The notes: a model not told the origin generated them from the letters alone. A stretch of 62,628 nt of DNA, filler included, from Pseudobdellovibrionaceae bacterium (GCA_030591685.1; 5 parts of 5 records of this genome joined end to end with filler, not necessarily neighbours in it), one strand, 5' to 3'. Counted from the first letter of the whole stretch, positions 27,173 to 37,932 are shown. Program-made: numbers and translations.

Positions 27173-29467
27173 ATGCAAAAAAAGAAGTCATACAAACGTC
27201 CAGGAACGCTTAATAAGTTTTTTTTATTAATTGCACTGGTGATTGGTGTGTTGAGTGCATACTATATAGTGAAAAAAAAGGGCTATATTGGTGGTTCCCG
27301 CTCAAATCAAGCAAAGATGGGGATTTTAGGTGACCTAAAAAAAGATGTGCGAAGAAAGGCCATGGAGAGTTACCGGTGGGTTGATGTCACCAAGCCAACA
27401 GAGGTTTTTGAAGGTGATTCTGTATTTACAGGTGATGACTCTGAGGCCGTGGCCTATCTGTCTGATGGCATTAAATTAGTGATTGAACCGAATTCATTAA
27501 TTGTGCTTCAAAAAAATAAAAGTAAACTGATCTTAAATTTAAAAGCAGGGCAATTAGTTGCTGAAAATTTAAAGACCAAAAGCAAAATAATATCGTTACT
27601 TCAAAACGGTAAAAAAGCAGATGTTCAGTTAAAAAACAAAGAGTCTTTTCAGTTAACTAAAACATTAAAAGGATCGTTAGATATAAGCACAAAGAGTGGT
27701 TCTATAGCGGTTATGGCATCAGGGGTAAAAACTCGAGTCTTGCCGGATGAAAAATTGAAAATTAGCCCTCAATTTAAAGTAGTGAAACATAAAGTAAAAA
27801 TCAAATTAATGTCTCCTGTTAATAAAAAAATCGTTTTACAGACAAAAAAGAAACATGTTTCTTTTTTGTGGAAAAGTGCAGTTAAGGCCTCTATGTTAAC
27901 CGTAGATGTATCAACAGACAGTTCATTTAAAAACATAGTTTTTTCAAAGGCCACATCAAAGAGTCGCTTAACAGCAACAAAGGCTTTACCTGTAGGGACG
28001 AACCTTTATTGGAGAGTGCGAACGGGCTCTAAAAATGTGAAAAAGATTTTAGAAAGTAAAACGGCTTCGTTTACAGTTTATAATAATAGGCCCCCGACAC
28101 TTCAATCTCCCGAAAACGGAGAAAGTATTGAAATTGATAAACTGCAAAAAATCATAGATGTTGATTTTTTCTGGAAAGAAGTGGCCGGAGCTCCAACTTA
28201 TTTATTACAAATTAGCAAAACAGCAGACTTCAAAAGCCTAATCTCTCAACAAGTCGTTGAGGAAGTATATTATGAAAAGCATCCTTTAGTAAAAGGTGAT
28301 TATTTTTGGCGAGTGAGAGCGCAATGGGGTCAGAAGTCTTCAGGCGGTAAATTTTCAGGGGCTCATAAACTATATGTTAGGCCAAAGGGGAGTGTGGCCC
28401 CAGTGATTGCTAAGGCAGTTGTACCAAAGCCAAAGGCGGCTCGAAGAGCGCCAGCCCCAAAAAAACCCCGTAAAGAGCTTGAGCAAGAGCGGCACTTACT
28501 TGAGGGGGCGGAGAACTCTCTTGAGACAAAATTATCAAAAAAAGCAGCCCGCAAAGTGCCAGTTATAGAGAAAATAAATAAAGTAATGGTTATCAACTTT
28601 GGTGGATATAGAGGGCGTAACTTTAGAACGGCAGAAAAAAAGATTAAAAACCCCCCTCAATTTAAGTGGCGGCCTATAAAAAAAACCTGGAGATATAAAA
28701 TACAAATTGCAACGGATAAGTCGTTTAACAACCTAGTTGTAAATAAATTACTAAAGGCCACTAAGTATACGTGGACAAATTTGAGACCAGGGCAATACTA
28801 CTACAAAGTAGCTGCATTAAGAGCTAAACAAGATAAATCTTATGTTTATACAAAACATTTTGGGCTTTTGGTGATGTTGCCCGCTCCTAGGGTGAGCAAG
28901 GACATTAAAAAAACACTTAAGTTTACTTCAGAAAAAGCAATGAGGAACTCTAAAAGTAAAGCAAAGGTTTCATGGCAGAGAGTTCCTTTTGCAGAAGGGT
29001 ACAGTTTGACCTTAAATGGTAAGAAGGTGAGCCGACTTTATTCGTCAAACTTTGCGGTCCTTGAGATGAACCTAAAAATAAAGAATTTATTAAAAGTGGC
29101 TGCCACAAATAGCGACGGCACTGTTTTATCTGTTTACTCGCCACCTCAAACTATTGAAATACAAAAAATACTGTTATTACCAGCGCCAGTGCTTTCAAGC
29201 CCTCCGGATGAGGCTAAAATAATAACATCGGGTGATAATATTGGAATATTTTCTTGGAGGCCCGTTAAGGGGGCAACAAGCTATACTTTTCAAGTAGCTG
29301 GAGAAAGAAAGTTTAGTAAAATTTTAGTAAATAATAAGGTTGAAACGCAGCTAATGAACCTCAATAAAAAATTAGATAGAGGCAAAGCATATTACTGGAG
29401 GGTTAAGGCCCACTTTGGGGACTCAAGCTCGTCGTCTTGGAGCGATACGAACAGCTTTAAGTTATAA
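27173..29467 (+). CDS. FecR-domain protein with multiple Fn3/Ig-like repeats
   Basis: TM, GDSVFTG..S.A, IEPNSLI; repeated P.L.SP...F.W...Y..QI....F...YYWRV.A modules. Confidence 0.8.
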   Translation: MQKKKSYKRPGTLNKFFLLIALVIGVLSAYYIVKKKGYIGGSRSNQAKMGILGDLKKDVRRKAMESYRWVDVTKPTEVFEGDSVFTGDDSEAVAYLSDGIKLVIEPNSLIVLQKNKSKLILNLKAGQLVAENLKTKSKIISLLQNGKKADVQLKNKESFQLTKTLKGSLDISTKSGSIAVMASGVKTRVLPDEKLKISPQFKVVKHKVKIKLMSPVNKKIVLQTKKKHVSFLWKSAVKASMLTVDVSTDSSFKNIVFSKATSKSRLTATKALPVGTNLYWRVRTGSKNVKKILESKTASFTVYNNRPPTLQSPENGESIEIDKLQKIIDVDFFWKEVAGAPTYLLQISKTADFKSLISQQVVEEVYYEKHPLVKGDYFWRVRAQWGQKSSGGKFSGAHKLYVRPKGSVAPVIAKAVVPKPKAARRAPAPKKPRKELEQERHLLEGAENSLETKLSKKAARKVPVIEKINKVMVINFGGYRGRNFRTAEKKIKNPPQFKWRPIKKTWRYKIQIATDKSFNNLVVNKLLKATKYTWTNLRPGQYYYKVAALRAKQDKSYVYTKHFGLLVMLPAPRVSKDIKKTLKFTSEKAMRNSKSKAKVSWQRVPFAEGYSLTLNGKKVSRLYSSNFAVLEMNLKIKNLLKVAATNSDGTVLSVYSPPQTIEIQKILLLPAPVLSSPPDEAKIITSGDNIGIFSWRPVKGATSYTFQVAGERKFSKILVNNKVETQLMNLNKKLDRGKAYYWRVKAHFGDSSSSSWSDTNSFKL

Positions 29468-30520
29468 TTAGCTTTGTCCTAGACCATGTGCACGGGACTC
29501 ATAGAGCCCGCTGCCGCTCATTTCCATAAAATTAGATTTATCTCTGACTTCATTTAAATTGGTGGCGTTGATGTAGCTCATGCCACTACGCAGACCTCCT
29601 GAAAATTCATTAATGACATCAGCAACATGACCTTTGATGGCTACATATGTAGATTCACCCTCTGGGGCCATGCCTTTTGGCACGCCACCACGCCATGAGA
29701 CTTGCGCTGACTTAGAGGCCATCCCTCTGTAGAGTTTGCGGCCCTTTCTGATCTCTCCAGGTGTTTCTAGTGTGCCAGCGAGTATGGAACCGAGCATGAC
29801 TGTATTAGCGCCCACTGAAAAGGCTTTTACGATGTCACCTGAGGTTTTCACTCCTCCATCGGCGATAACGGGTACATTGTGCTCCATAGCCACCTCAGCA
29901 CACAGTGCAATGGCTGTTAATTGAGGGACACCACAACCGGTGATAACCCTGGTTGTGCACATACTCCCTGGGCCGATGCCTACTTTAATAGCATCAGCGC
30001 CGGCCTTTATAAGGTCCAGTGTTCCCTGAGGGGTGGCAACATTACCTGCAATGACCTCTATTGAAGGGTAAGTGTCCTTAAGCCAACGGAGAGTTTCAAT
30101 CATAGCAATAGAATGACCATGGGCTATATCTACAGTAATAACATTAACGCCCTCGTTAATAAGTAATCGGGCCCGGTCTTTAAAATCTAAATTAACCCCT
30201 ATGCTGGCGCCGATATTTTTGACCCCAGCTTCTTTGATCATGCGAACTTGTTTAACCTGATCTTCGGTGCTTATAAAGCGATGTATAATGCCAAATCCCC
30301 CTTCTTTATCCATGGCAATGGCCATATTAGCCTCGGTGATTGTGTCCATGTTTGAACTAATAAAGGGGACTTTAAGGGTAATGTTTTTAGTTAATCGTGC
30401 AGATAAATCAGGTTCATTTCGTGAACGAACATCAGATTTGCTGGGTATGATTAACACATCGTCGTAAGTGTAAGCTTTTGATCGGTTTTTAATGTCTTTC
30501 CAGTTAAATATAAGCCCCAT
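29468..30520 (-). CDS. IMPDH/GMP reductase family protein lacking CBS domains
   Basis: [39 protein letters not shown]. Confidence 0.9.
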   Translation of the reverse strand: MGLIFNWKDIKNRSKAYTYDDVLIIPSKSDVRSRNEPDLSARLTKNITLKVPFISSNMDTITEANMAIAMDKEGGFGIIHRFISTEDQVKQVRMIKEAGVKNIGASIGVNLDFKDRARLLINEGVNVITVDIAHGHSIAMIETLRWLKDTYPSIEVIAGNVATPQGTLDLIKAGADAIKVGIGPGSMCTTRVITGCGVPQLTAIALCAEVAMEHNVPVIADGGVKTSGDIVKAFSVGANTVMLGSILAGTLETPGEIRKGRKLYRGMASKSAQVSWRGGVPKGMAPEGESTYVAIKGHVADVINEFSGGLRSGMSYINATNLNEVRDKSNFMEMSGSGLYESRAHGLGQS

Positions 30521-30523
30521 TTT

Positions 30524-31306
30524 TTAGGCTCCTTTTATTGCAAGTTGTTGTGATTTTTGTTTGTAAAGGCTATAAAAAATCCCGTAAGTAAAAACGCTTA
30601 TGCCCATATTAAATAACTTTACAGCAAAAAGCATAAAAAAATAAGACACTCCCTTAAAGGAGGCAAGCAAATTGTAACTGCCTAAGTAAATGCCAGTTGT
30701 TAGAGCTAGAATTAAAAGTATGAACATTATATGTCCCGAGCTCAACTTATTGGATCGTTTAAGAGCATCTACTTTATCATTTTGATAGTCGGTATCAAAG
30801 TACACAACATAGGGCACGAAAATAAGGGCCAAATACCTATAAGTAGCCACAAGTACCACGAGGCCCAAGGCCGCGTAGAGAGCATTAACATTAGGGTAAT
30901 AAAAATATATAAGTACTAACAACAGAGAAGGGGCAAGGACCCATAAAATGACAGAGGTCATAGCCCTGAGGCTTTCAGAAAATAAAGGCCAAAAATATTT
31001 TTTACCAAACTCAACAACAGACTGTGGGGGAGCGTTCTGTGAAAGTTCATGAAACCTTAAGGGGAGAAGTATTATTAACACCCCCGTTTCTAAAAAACCA
31101 TTAAGCAGCTGTCCGATTTTAGCCATTATCGTGGTCGTAGAGTCAAAATTAAATTGCTCCATTAAAGTAAAATAATGATGCAGGGCCGTTACAACGACAG
31201 TCATGCTTAAAAGTATGATCCAGCAATTTTTTATACAAGGGGCAAACCAATGAGCGGCCTCTTTGCAGGCTTTTGCAGCTGTTTTCATGCAGTTCTCCAT
31301 AATCAT
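30524..31306 (-). CDS. multi-pass membrane protein
   Basis: About 6 TM segments; ..ALKRS..L motif. Confidence 0.75.
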   Translation of the reverse strand: MIMENCMKTAAKACKEAAHWFAPCIKNCWIILLSMTVVVTALHHYFTLMEQFNFDSTTTIMAKIGQLLNGFLETGVLIILLPLRFHELSQNAPPQSVVEFGKKYFWPLFSESLRAMTSVILWVLAPSLLLVLIYFYYPNVNALYAALGLVVLVATYRYLALIFVPYVVYFDTDYQNDKVDALKRSNKLSSGHIMFILLILALTTGIYLGSYNLLASFKGVSYFFMLFAVKLFNMGISVFTYGIFYSLYKQKSQQLAIKGA

Positions 31307-31445
31307 TGATACGAGTTTTACTTAATAAACCAGGGGGGTGTAAAAAGCTTTAAAAACCTAACGCGTCACAAAGTTTAAGGCCAATAATTTATTAAATTGA
31401 CTAAATATGCAAAAAGCCTCATCTTGATCAGCTCTTTTAGTGTCT

Positions 31446-31534
31446 GCCCGAGTGGCGAAATTGGTAGACGCACAGGACTTAAAATCCTGGGTCCTTTACG
31501 GGACGTGCCAGTTCAAGTCTGGCCTCGGGCACCA
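31446..31534 (+). tRNA. tRNA-Leu (anticodon TAA)
   Basis: GCCCGAG/CTCGGGC acceptor stem, CAGGA-CTTAAAA-TCCTG, variable arm, GTTCAAGTC, ACCA. Confidence 0.97.
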
Positions 31535-31894
31535 TTTTTCAAATAAAATTATATAGTTACAAGCTTTTCTTCGAAAGGTGTTGTGCTGTGTTTTCCGGCA
31601 ATTCTGCCTGGTTATTTTAAGAATAGATGCAAAGCTGATGCAAGCGGACCTAGCATTTTTAATACTGAATTAATGGAGTTAGAATGATTGAAAACGGAAT
31701 ATTAAACCGTGTAAATTATCTGAACCAATTGAGTTGGCATTGAGAGTGCAATGTAGCTTTATGAAATCGGGTCAACCCCCTAATTCCGGAATTTTTATTA
31801 TAGAAAAACGTCTAGTATTTGCACCTCATTTTTTTCATATTTCTGTGTGAAATCATTGGGTGACATCATTTTTAATGAGCCATGTATTCGATTA

Positions 31895-31994
31895 NNNNNN
31901 NNNNNNNNNNNNNNNNNNNNNNNNNNNNNNNNNNNNNNTTAATTAATTAANNNNNNNNNNNNNNNNNNNNNNNNNNNNNNNNNNNNNNNNNNNN
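31895..31994. other. artificial contig linker
   Basis: N run with TTAATTAATTAA. Confidence 0.98.
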
Positions 31995-32137
31995 AGTCAG
32001 GGTGAAATCTTTAATTTTCAAAAAATACATAGCGATGCTCAACGCCGTTCATGTAATAATAAATCTAAATTTGAATGTCACGATAGTCTACTGATAAGAT
32101 AAGGGGACTAAAGAATGAGTGCCAGGCGCTGTTTAAA

Positions 32138-32638
32138 CTACTCACATAAAACGGGTCTAAGTATATAGGTTTCATTAGTGTTAAAATCGCCTGTTTCAAT
32201 TATGATTAAGTAATTGTGAACCCATAAATCGCCATTTGGTAAATTTTTGATTTCAATTTCATGCAATAAAGTCCCATGTGTTTCTGGTTGAAAAGCATAC
32301 CGGACTTGGCCTTTATAGTAAAAAAATCTTGAATTGTTTTCGGTGTAGTATTTGCCTACACCGTCTAAAGCAATGGCATAGCCCATGTAGGCGACGTCCT
32401 CGCCGGGGGCTTTAAAAAACATCATCTCAAGACCGGGCATTTGGCTGTAATCCATGTTTCTTGTAAACAAAGCTGTGCCCTTTTTTATGGTCGTACTATT
32501 GTAGGGGTGTTTTACGTCAACAGGCACGCCATTGTAGGCCACTGTTTTGTAACAACCTATAAGGTCGTCCCAATTATCTGCTGCAAAAACGTGATTGCAC
32601 GAGATAAATACTATAAATAGACTTAAAAATTTAATCAT
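32138..32638 (-). CDS. hypothetical secreted protein
   Basis: GAGGGG RBS, signal peptide (..HVFA), beta-rich with Cys near both ends of the mature part. Confidence 0.75.
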   Translation of the reverse strand: MIKFLSLFIVFISCNHVFAADNWDDLIGCYKTVAYNGVPVDVKHPYNSTTIKKGTALFTRNMDYSQMPGLEMMFFKAPGEDVAYMGYAIALDGVGKYYTENNSRFFYYKGQVRYAFQPETHGTLLHEIEIKNLPNGDLWVHNYLIIIETGDFNTNETYILRPVLCE

Positions 32639-32960
32639 TATTGTCCCCTCTTTTAATATTTAGACATATAAAGTCTGTCATTAAAAGAGGTTATTTAAAA
32701 GTGTTTAAATGCTTATTTTTATATAACTGAGCAATATCAAATAAAAATATGAAGTTTATGACTTTTGGTTATGACGACTGACTTAAGAGGTTAGAGACAA
32801 GGAGGAAGGGGCGCTTTATAAGCGGAATAAAACCATCCTATATGAAGGTAAACCCTTGTAGATTTTTCAATATTATAGATTCAGATGAACTACTCGGCAG
32901 AACGATAAAATATATGTTATTTATACTGTTATGACTCTTTTACTCTGAAGTGGTGTTTTT

Positions 32961-33869
32961 ATGAAAAAAACGCATATTTTTACATTTATCGCAGTGGTGT
33001 TTTTATCATACTCTGTTAAGGCTGAGTATTTTAGTTGTACCTTTACTAAGCCGTTTATACATGTATTTGCATCGACTATAAATAAAACAGTCGTAGTGTC
33101 AGGGTTTGTTGAGAACAAGCAGTATAAAGTTAAATCAGTTCACAAAATTAAGGCAAACATAGTGATGAAGCTTTCAGACGGTAAAGTGTTAACTGTTTTT
33201 AAGCACAAGTCGGGTAGCGACGGGATGTCTGATAGGCGCTTTCCGTATGAAGTAAAATATGGTGATTTTTGGGGAGGGTGTGAAAGTGAATCCATACTTG
33301 AATATAACAAAATGGTTATGGAGCGACTGGCCTCTTTTAGAGCTAAAAATGGTTTAGCAAAAATGAATTTGTGGCCCGGTGAGTATGGGCATGTGATGGG
33401 CTATAGGGTTAAAAATGAGATGACTTTATTGCCTGGATCTACTTGGAGCTCAATTAAAAAAAGTAAAAAATCAGATAAAGCCTGTACCCTTAAAAAGGGT
33501 AAGTATATTGTGCCGTCTAAAAAGGGTCGCGGGGAAGCTTATTCTAGTATACAGCCCGTGTATATGGGCAAGGCTAAATGGGGTGACTCATCGGTAGATA
33601 TCTCCAAGGGTGACAGCTTAAGGGAGATTTTTTATTTATCAGAGGGGCTTTGCCTGGTTGAACATAATGGAGAGATTAAAAAGACGGGCTGCCCAGATAT
33701 CTCTGAGTCAGTTATAAGTGAGTCATCAGGTCAAGATTATGGTGAGACCTTTCCTTTTGGGAACTACGCTTTTTTAAAATGTAAAGAAGGGCACTACACT
33801 TGGGTTCATGAGGGGACACACCTTAGGGGCAACAGTTCACTTAAATTTATTTATCTAGAGAATGATTAG
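32961..33869 (+). CDS. hypothetical secreted protein
   Basis: Signal peptide (..SVKA); CTFTKPF and GSDGMSD..FPY motifs. Confidence 0.75.
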   Translation: MKKTHIFTFIAVVFLSYSVKAEYFSCTFTKPFIHVFASTINKTVVVSGFVENKQYKVKSVHKIKANIVMKLSDGKVLTVFKHKSGSDGMSDRRFPYEVKYGDFWGGCESESILEYNKMVMERLASFRAKNGLAKMNLWPGEYGHVMGYRVKNEMTLLPGSTWSSIKKSKKSDKACTLKKGKYIVPSKKGRGEAYSSIQPVYMGKAKWGDSSVDISKGDSLREIFYLSEGLCLVEHNGEIKKTGCPDISESVISESSGQDYGETFPFGNYAFLKCKEGHYTWVHEGTHLRGNSSLKFIYLEND

Positions 33870-33941
33870 CCCCTGTTATTTAATCAACTATCATGGGCAT
33901 ATAAGTTTATAAAAATATTTGAGATCAAGGGTTTTATTTTT

Positions 33942-34709
33942 TTAAAAAATTAAGATAATCGCTCCCCAGCCTATTAATAGGACCCCAGTAATTTTTGAAA
34001 AATAAAATCCTGGGGGGATGAGCTTTTCTAATAAAACAAAAACGGTAAGTCCTATGATCCAAAGTAGGTTCATAACACCGCCATAAAACAGTAAACTCAT
34101 TAAAAACCAACAGCAGCCTAAACAAAAAAGGCCATGTTTAAGACCCATAGTGAATGAGCCTTTTATGCCCTTGGCCCAATTTTCAGATAAAAACATTAAT
34201 GGGGACCGGCACTTCTCTAAGCAAGCCTCTTTAAATGGGGTGAGTTGAAACACCCCGCCTGAGACTAATATTATAGAGCTAAACAGCTTATGACCTACTG
34301 GGCTCATGGTGGCTAATAAATCATACTGAACAAGAGCCCACTGGGCCGCGGTGGCTAAAACAGAAAACCCACCCCAGACGAGTAAGTAAGCTGTAGCAAA
34401 AGTAAAAACGGTCAAGGTATGCCCTGTGCCCATTTTTTTATTTAACGTATTAAAAATCAATACCATGGGCAGAGCGCTTGGTAGCATCATAGCCACCATC
34501 ATCACCCACCACATGATAAACATAATAAGGGCGTAGTGAGGGCCCCACTGAGCTTGTGTCATAAATTCATGCATGGTCATTGAGCCCATACTCATGCCAG
34601 CGCCAGTGAGTAAATATGCCCAAGACATAATAATAACAAACATAAAGCAAGCGATAATAAAAAACCGCTTGCTCACAATTAAATTAAGTTTACTTAGGGC
34701 TAATAGCAT
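33942..34709 (-). CDS. DUF2182 predicted metal-binding membrane protein
   Basis: MWWVMMVAMMLPS, QLTPFK.ACL..CRSP, G..CLGCCW..M.LL..GGVMN..W, EK. Confidence 0.9.
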   Translation of the reverse strand: MLLALSKLNLIVSKRFFIIACFMFVIIMSWAYLLTGAGMSMGSMTMHEFMTQAQWGPHYALIMFIMWWVMMVAMMLPSALPMVLIFNTLNKKMGTGHTLTVFTFATAYLLVWGGFSVLATAAQWALVQYDLLATMSPVGHKLFSSIILVSGGVFQLTPFKEACLEKCRSPLMFLSENWAKGIKGSFTMGLKHGLFCLGCCWFLMSLLFYGGVMNLLWIIGLTVFVLLEKLIPPGFYFSKITGVLLIGWGAIILIF

Positions 34710-34711
34710 AA

Positions 34712-35347
34712 TTAATGACTGGGCCCTTCTGAGGTCATCGAGTCTGATGATAAATGAGCATGAGAAGAGCTAAACTCAAGCGTAAATGCGCCCTCGCCCT
34801 TTGTTGTGCCGCTGGCGACCTCTGCTGAGTTAAACTCTTTACCGTTTGGTAAGTCAAATCGTGCTCTGTGCTCAGCGCCTGTGACGGGGTTTTTGATAGG
34901 CTCTAAAGTTGTTTCGATAACACCGTCTACTTTTATATGAGCAGTGCGCGCCTCAAGATTAATGCTCATTTCAATAGGGGCAAATATAGGGTCATGTACT
35001 TTTTCACACATAGATCTATAAATTTGTATCATAATTTTACCAGGCTCGGTGCACTCACCGTTCATTAAATCAACAAGGGCTTTACGTTGCTCTTCAGTGG
35101 CTTTGTCTTCTATGATGACTTGCATTTGACCCTGGCCCTCATGTATTGGGTTCTCCCACGAGTAAAGGGTGGCCACTTTAAGCCCATCTAGGCTGATGTC
35201 GTTATAGTACCCCTGCTCTATATCCCATGCGACAATAGCTTTACAGGTACCGTCTGTAGGTAAGGCGTTAAACTGACAGGGGCAACCAAAATCACAGTTA
35301 CAGTTTGCAAAATGAGTTCCTTTAATAGACCAAGATGGTTTAGACAT
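34712..35347 (-). CDS. DUF1326 family protein
   Basis: W.IKG....CNCDFGCPCQF..LPT.GTC; AT.EQR.AL. Confidence 0.9.
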   Translation of the reverse strand: MSKPSWSIKGTHFANCNCDFGCPCQFNALPTDGTCKAIVAWDIEQGYYNDISLDGLKVATLYSWENPIHEGQGQMQVIIEDKATEEQRKALVDLMNGECTEPGKIMIQIYRSMCEKVHDPIFAPIEMSINLEARTAHIKVDGVIETTLEPIKNPVTGAEHRARFDLPNGKEFNSAEVASGTTKGEGAFTLEFSSSHAHLSSDSMTSEGPSH

Positions 35348-35838
35348 ATGCTCTCCTTTGAGGGGTTAAGGACAAAAGGCTATAAGCTTTTTAAAGTTCT
35401 GTCTATAAATGGTTTTAGAACTGTTAAATTATACATTTATTTTTTTTCAAGAAAATAACGCTATGTTGAGTTATAGAGCAATACATGTGTTTAATGTATT
35501 TTTTAAAGTTGATGAGCGATTAATTATCAGCATAAATATATATAGTTAAAAGAGTTTTGAGTGCATCCATTGAACAACGACAGTTGACCAGGCGCAGCGA
35601 GTTGTTAACAGTTGTTTAATCGAACGTAAATTTCGCTGGGCTTAAGTCATATAATTTATAACTAATGATAATGCAAAATATGTGATGGCGTATTGTTCGT
35701 AGCTGTAGGGCTTTTTAGGGGGGGGTAAAGTGTCACAATTTTTTAGTAATCCTGGTCTTTTATTTTGCTTTTCATTGTCGATAAAGTGGAGGCTCTTGAA
35801 TTAGTGAAGAGATATTAAAAATTAAAGGAGAAGTATTA

Positions 35839-37707
35839 ATGAGTAGTTTTATAAAAAAGTTACCTATTGTATTAGCGATAACCGCTGCCGCTGGATTTAT
35901 GGGTTGCGGCGGAAGTGGTGGTGGTGCTGCGACGACCTATTCAATTTCAGGGACTCTTGACCCTAGCGCGAGTTTGTTAAGCAGCTTGAGTGCTGAAAAG
36001 TGGGACCCTATTGTGAGTTTGCTGGGAGAGGTTTCTACACTAGCAAGAACTCAATGTAGTGATGGGTTTTACTATGGGGTGTATTGTGTGAGTTTTTCAA
36101 CGCCTCCAGTTGCGGCTGAAGGAAATGTAAATTGTGGCGCCGGTGGCGGTGGTTTTACTGTTGCAGGGATGCCGATCGGTCAACCGGTGGGTTGTTTTAT
36201 ACGCAGGTATACAGACGCAGTAACAACGGCGGCTGCAACAGTTGGGTCCATTGAAATACCAGCAGCTAACCTAAGTGGTTCAACTGATACTTTAGTTTCA
36301 AGTGGTGATGTTGCATTGAGTGTGTCTATAGATAGCTCTGGTACAATCACGGCCGCTGTGACCTCGGGTACAGTAAACGATACGACAAATACAGACGCCG
36401 TATCTGCTTTTACCTCGGCAAATATAAATGGAGAGTGGTCATTGTCGTGCACATCTAATGCCGGAGGGGATTCGTTCTCATCAGGGCTTTGCAAGTGCTT
36501 TTTGGGTGAGGACTCGTATGCAGGAGCCGGTTACAACAACCAGGATGATTGTTTAAATGACCCTAATGGTGCTGCGGCCGCGATAGCCGGTAATATTGAG
36601 TTTGGTGTGGGGCTTTATGTTTATACAGCGACCGCTAATAGTGAAATCGTGATTGATTCATCGCACTCAATACCTTCAGGGTCTACGATTAATGCTCTCA
36701 GTATTTGGGCAACTAGTGGTAGCCCGGGGAGCTATGTCTCTTTAAAAGGGAGCGGTGGCGAAGGAGTTACTGATTTAGGTGGCAAGCTCACTTGGGATGC
36801 TACGGGCCTACCTGAGACCGCAGTGAACTGGACCGATAATACAAGCGGCACAATTACTGTTGTTGATGGAAACGCAGCGAATGTGACTTTCACTATGCCT
36901 GCTGCAATTACGTTTAACACGGCAACACATGCTCAATTTATGGCTTGGATTGTTTCAGTAGTTGCAAATGCTGATGGTGCTGGTTTTTTATGTTCTTGGG
37001 GGCCTAATGATTCGGTTTCACATATGGCCGTAGGCACGGGCGCTTTAGCCGAGAATATTCATTGTATGAATCAGGTTATAGAGGCTGTATCTCGCGACGA
37101 CGTTGGAGCCGTCGCACCAAGAATTTGGATTCAACCGTTTTGTGATCAAGGTGGTTGTATTATAAGTGAAGCCGCTGGAGACGGGGCACAGCCTTACTTC
37201 AGTGCTAATGCACTTATAATGTCACGACTAGAGTCAGATGATGGGAATTTTGCTTACCCGAATGCTTGGGCTAACACTGATGATAACTCAGCGGTGATAC
37301 AAAGTGCGGACAGCATAGGCATAGGCCCTTCATTAAGGTTTATGTTTGAGCCTTTAGAGTTTTTCCCCGGCGGGGCTGGAGTGAGACAAGGGTATAATGA
37401 TGAAAGACATTATGAGTGTACTAATGGGGGGACTCCTCCTGATAATACGGCCTGCTCTAATGGTGGTAATTTTTATGAGCTTGTATGTCACCAGCGAGAA
37501 GAGTTGGCTATTAAATTTATCGGTACAACAGCACCCTTTGATGTGGTGTTTGACTCGACAAACTCTGTGGCATACGGAGCCTTAATCGAATATAGCGGCA
37601 ACGGTAGAGCTGAAATCACCCCGAGTGGTACAACAGCTACTGCCATGTGCGAAGCCGCAGCCCAAGGGGGTAGCGGAACATTTTTTGCGAAAGCTGTTAA
37701 GCAATAA
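35839..37707 (+). CDS. large Cys/Gly/Ser/Thr-rich lipoprotein
   Basis: AAGGAG RBS, lipobox FMG-C then GGSGGG linker, 16 further Cys. Confidence 0.85.
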   Translation: MSSFIKKLPIVLAITAAAGFMGCGGSGGGAATTYSISGTLDPSASLLSSLSAEKWDPIVSLLGEVSTLARTQCSDGFYYGVYCVSFSTPPVAAEGNVNCGAGGGGFTVAGMPIGQPVGCFIRRYTDAVTTAAATVGSIEIPAANLSGSTDTLVSSGDVALSVSIDSSGTITAAVTSGTVNDTTNTDAVSAFTSANINGEWSLSCTSNAGGDSFSSGLCKCFLGEDSYAGAGYNNQDDCLNDPNGAAAAIAGNIEFGVGLYVYTATANSEIVIDSSHSIPSGSTINALSIWATSGSPGSYVSLKGSGGEGVTDLGGKLTWDATGLPETAVNWTDNTSGTITVVDGNAANVTFTMPAAITFNTATHAQFMAWIVSVVANADGAGFLCSWGPNDSVSHMAVGTGALAENIHCMNQVIEAVSRDDVGAVAPRIWIQPFCDQGGCIISEAAGDGAQPYFSANALIMSRLESDDGNFAYPNAWANTDDNSAVIQSADSIGIGPSLRFMFEPLEFFPGGAGVRQGYNDERHYECTNGGTPPDNTACSNGGNFYELVCHQREELAIKFIGTTAPFDVVFDSTNSVAYGALIEYSGNGRAEITPSGTTATAMCEAAAQGGSGTFFAKAVKQ

Positions 37708-37740
37708 TCTTTGAATAAAAATTATGTAATGATTTAAAAG

Positions 37741-37773
37741 GCTCAAATCTCAATTGCGATTTGAGCTTTTTTT
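37741..37773 (+). terminator. rho-independent terminator
   Basis: GCTCAAATC...GATTTGAGC followed by a T run. Confidence 0.85.
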
Positions 37774-37932
37774 ATTAATGGTACTCAAGGGTAGCTATAT
37801 TTATAAAGGTTGGGGCTTAACGACTCATATTTAGGATTTTTTAGTAAAGTATATTAATTTAAGGTAACAAGGGTTTGGTTCCGATATGATACTTGCATTC
37901 AATGCTAACCAATAAGTACCAGTGAGGGATTT

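Noticed and set aside
35568..35641. Imperfect stem-loop upstream of the large lipoprotein
   Set aside because: No riboswitch consensus recognised; pairing too weak to call.
37860..37888. Possible sigma28 promoters (CCGATA-like boxes here and near 16769 and 55000)
   Set aside because: -35 boxes are poor or the spacing is off; cannot be supported without a genome-wide model.
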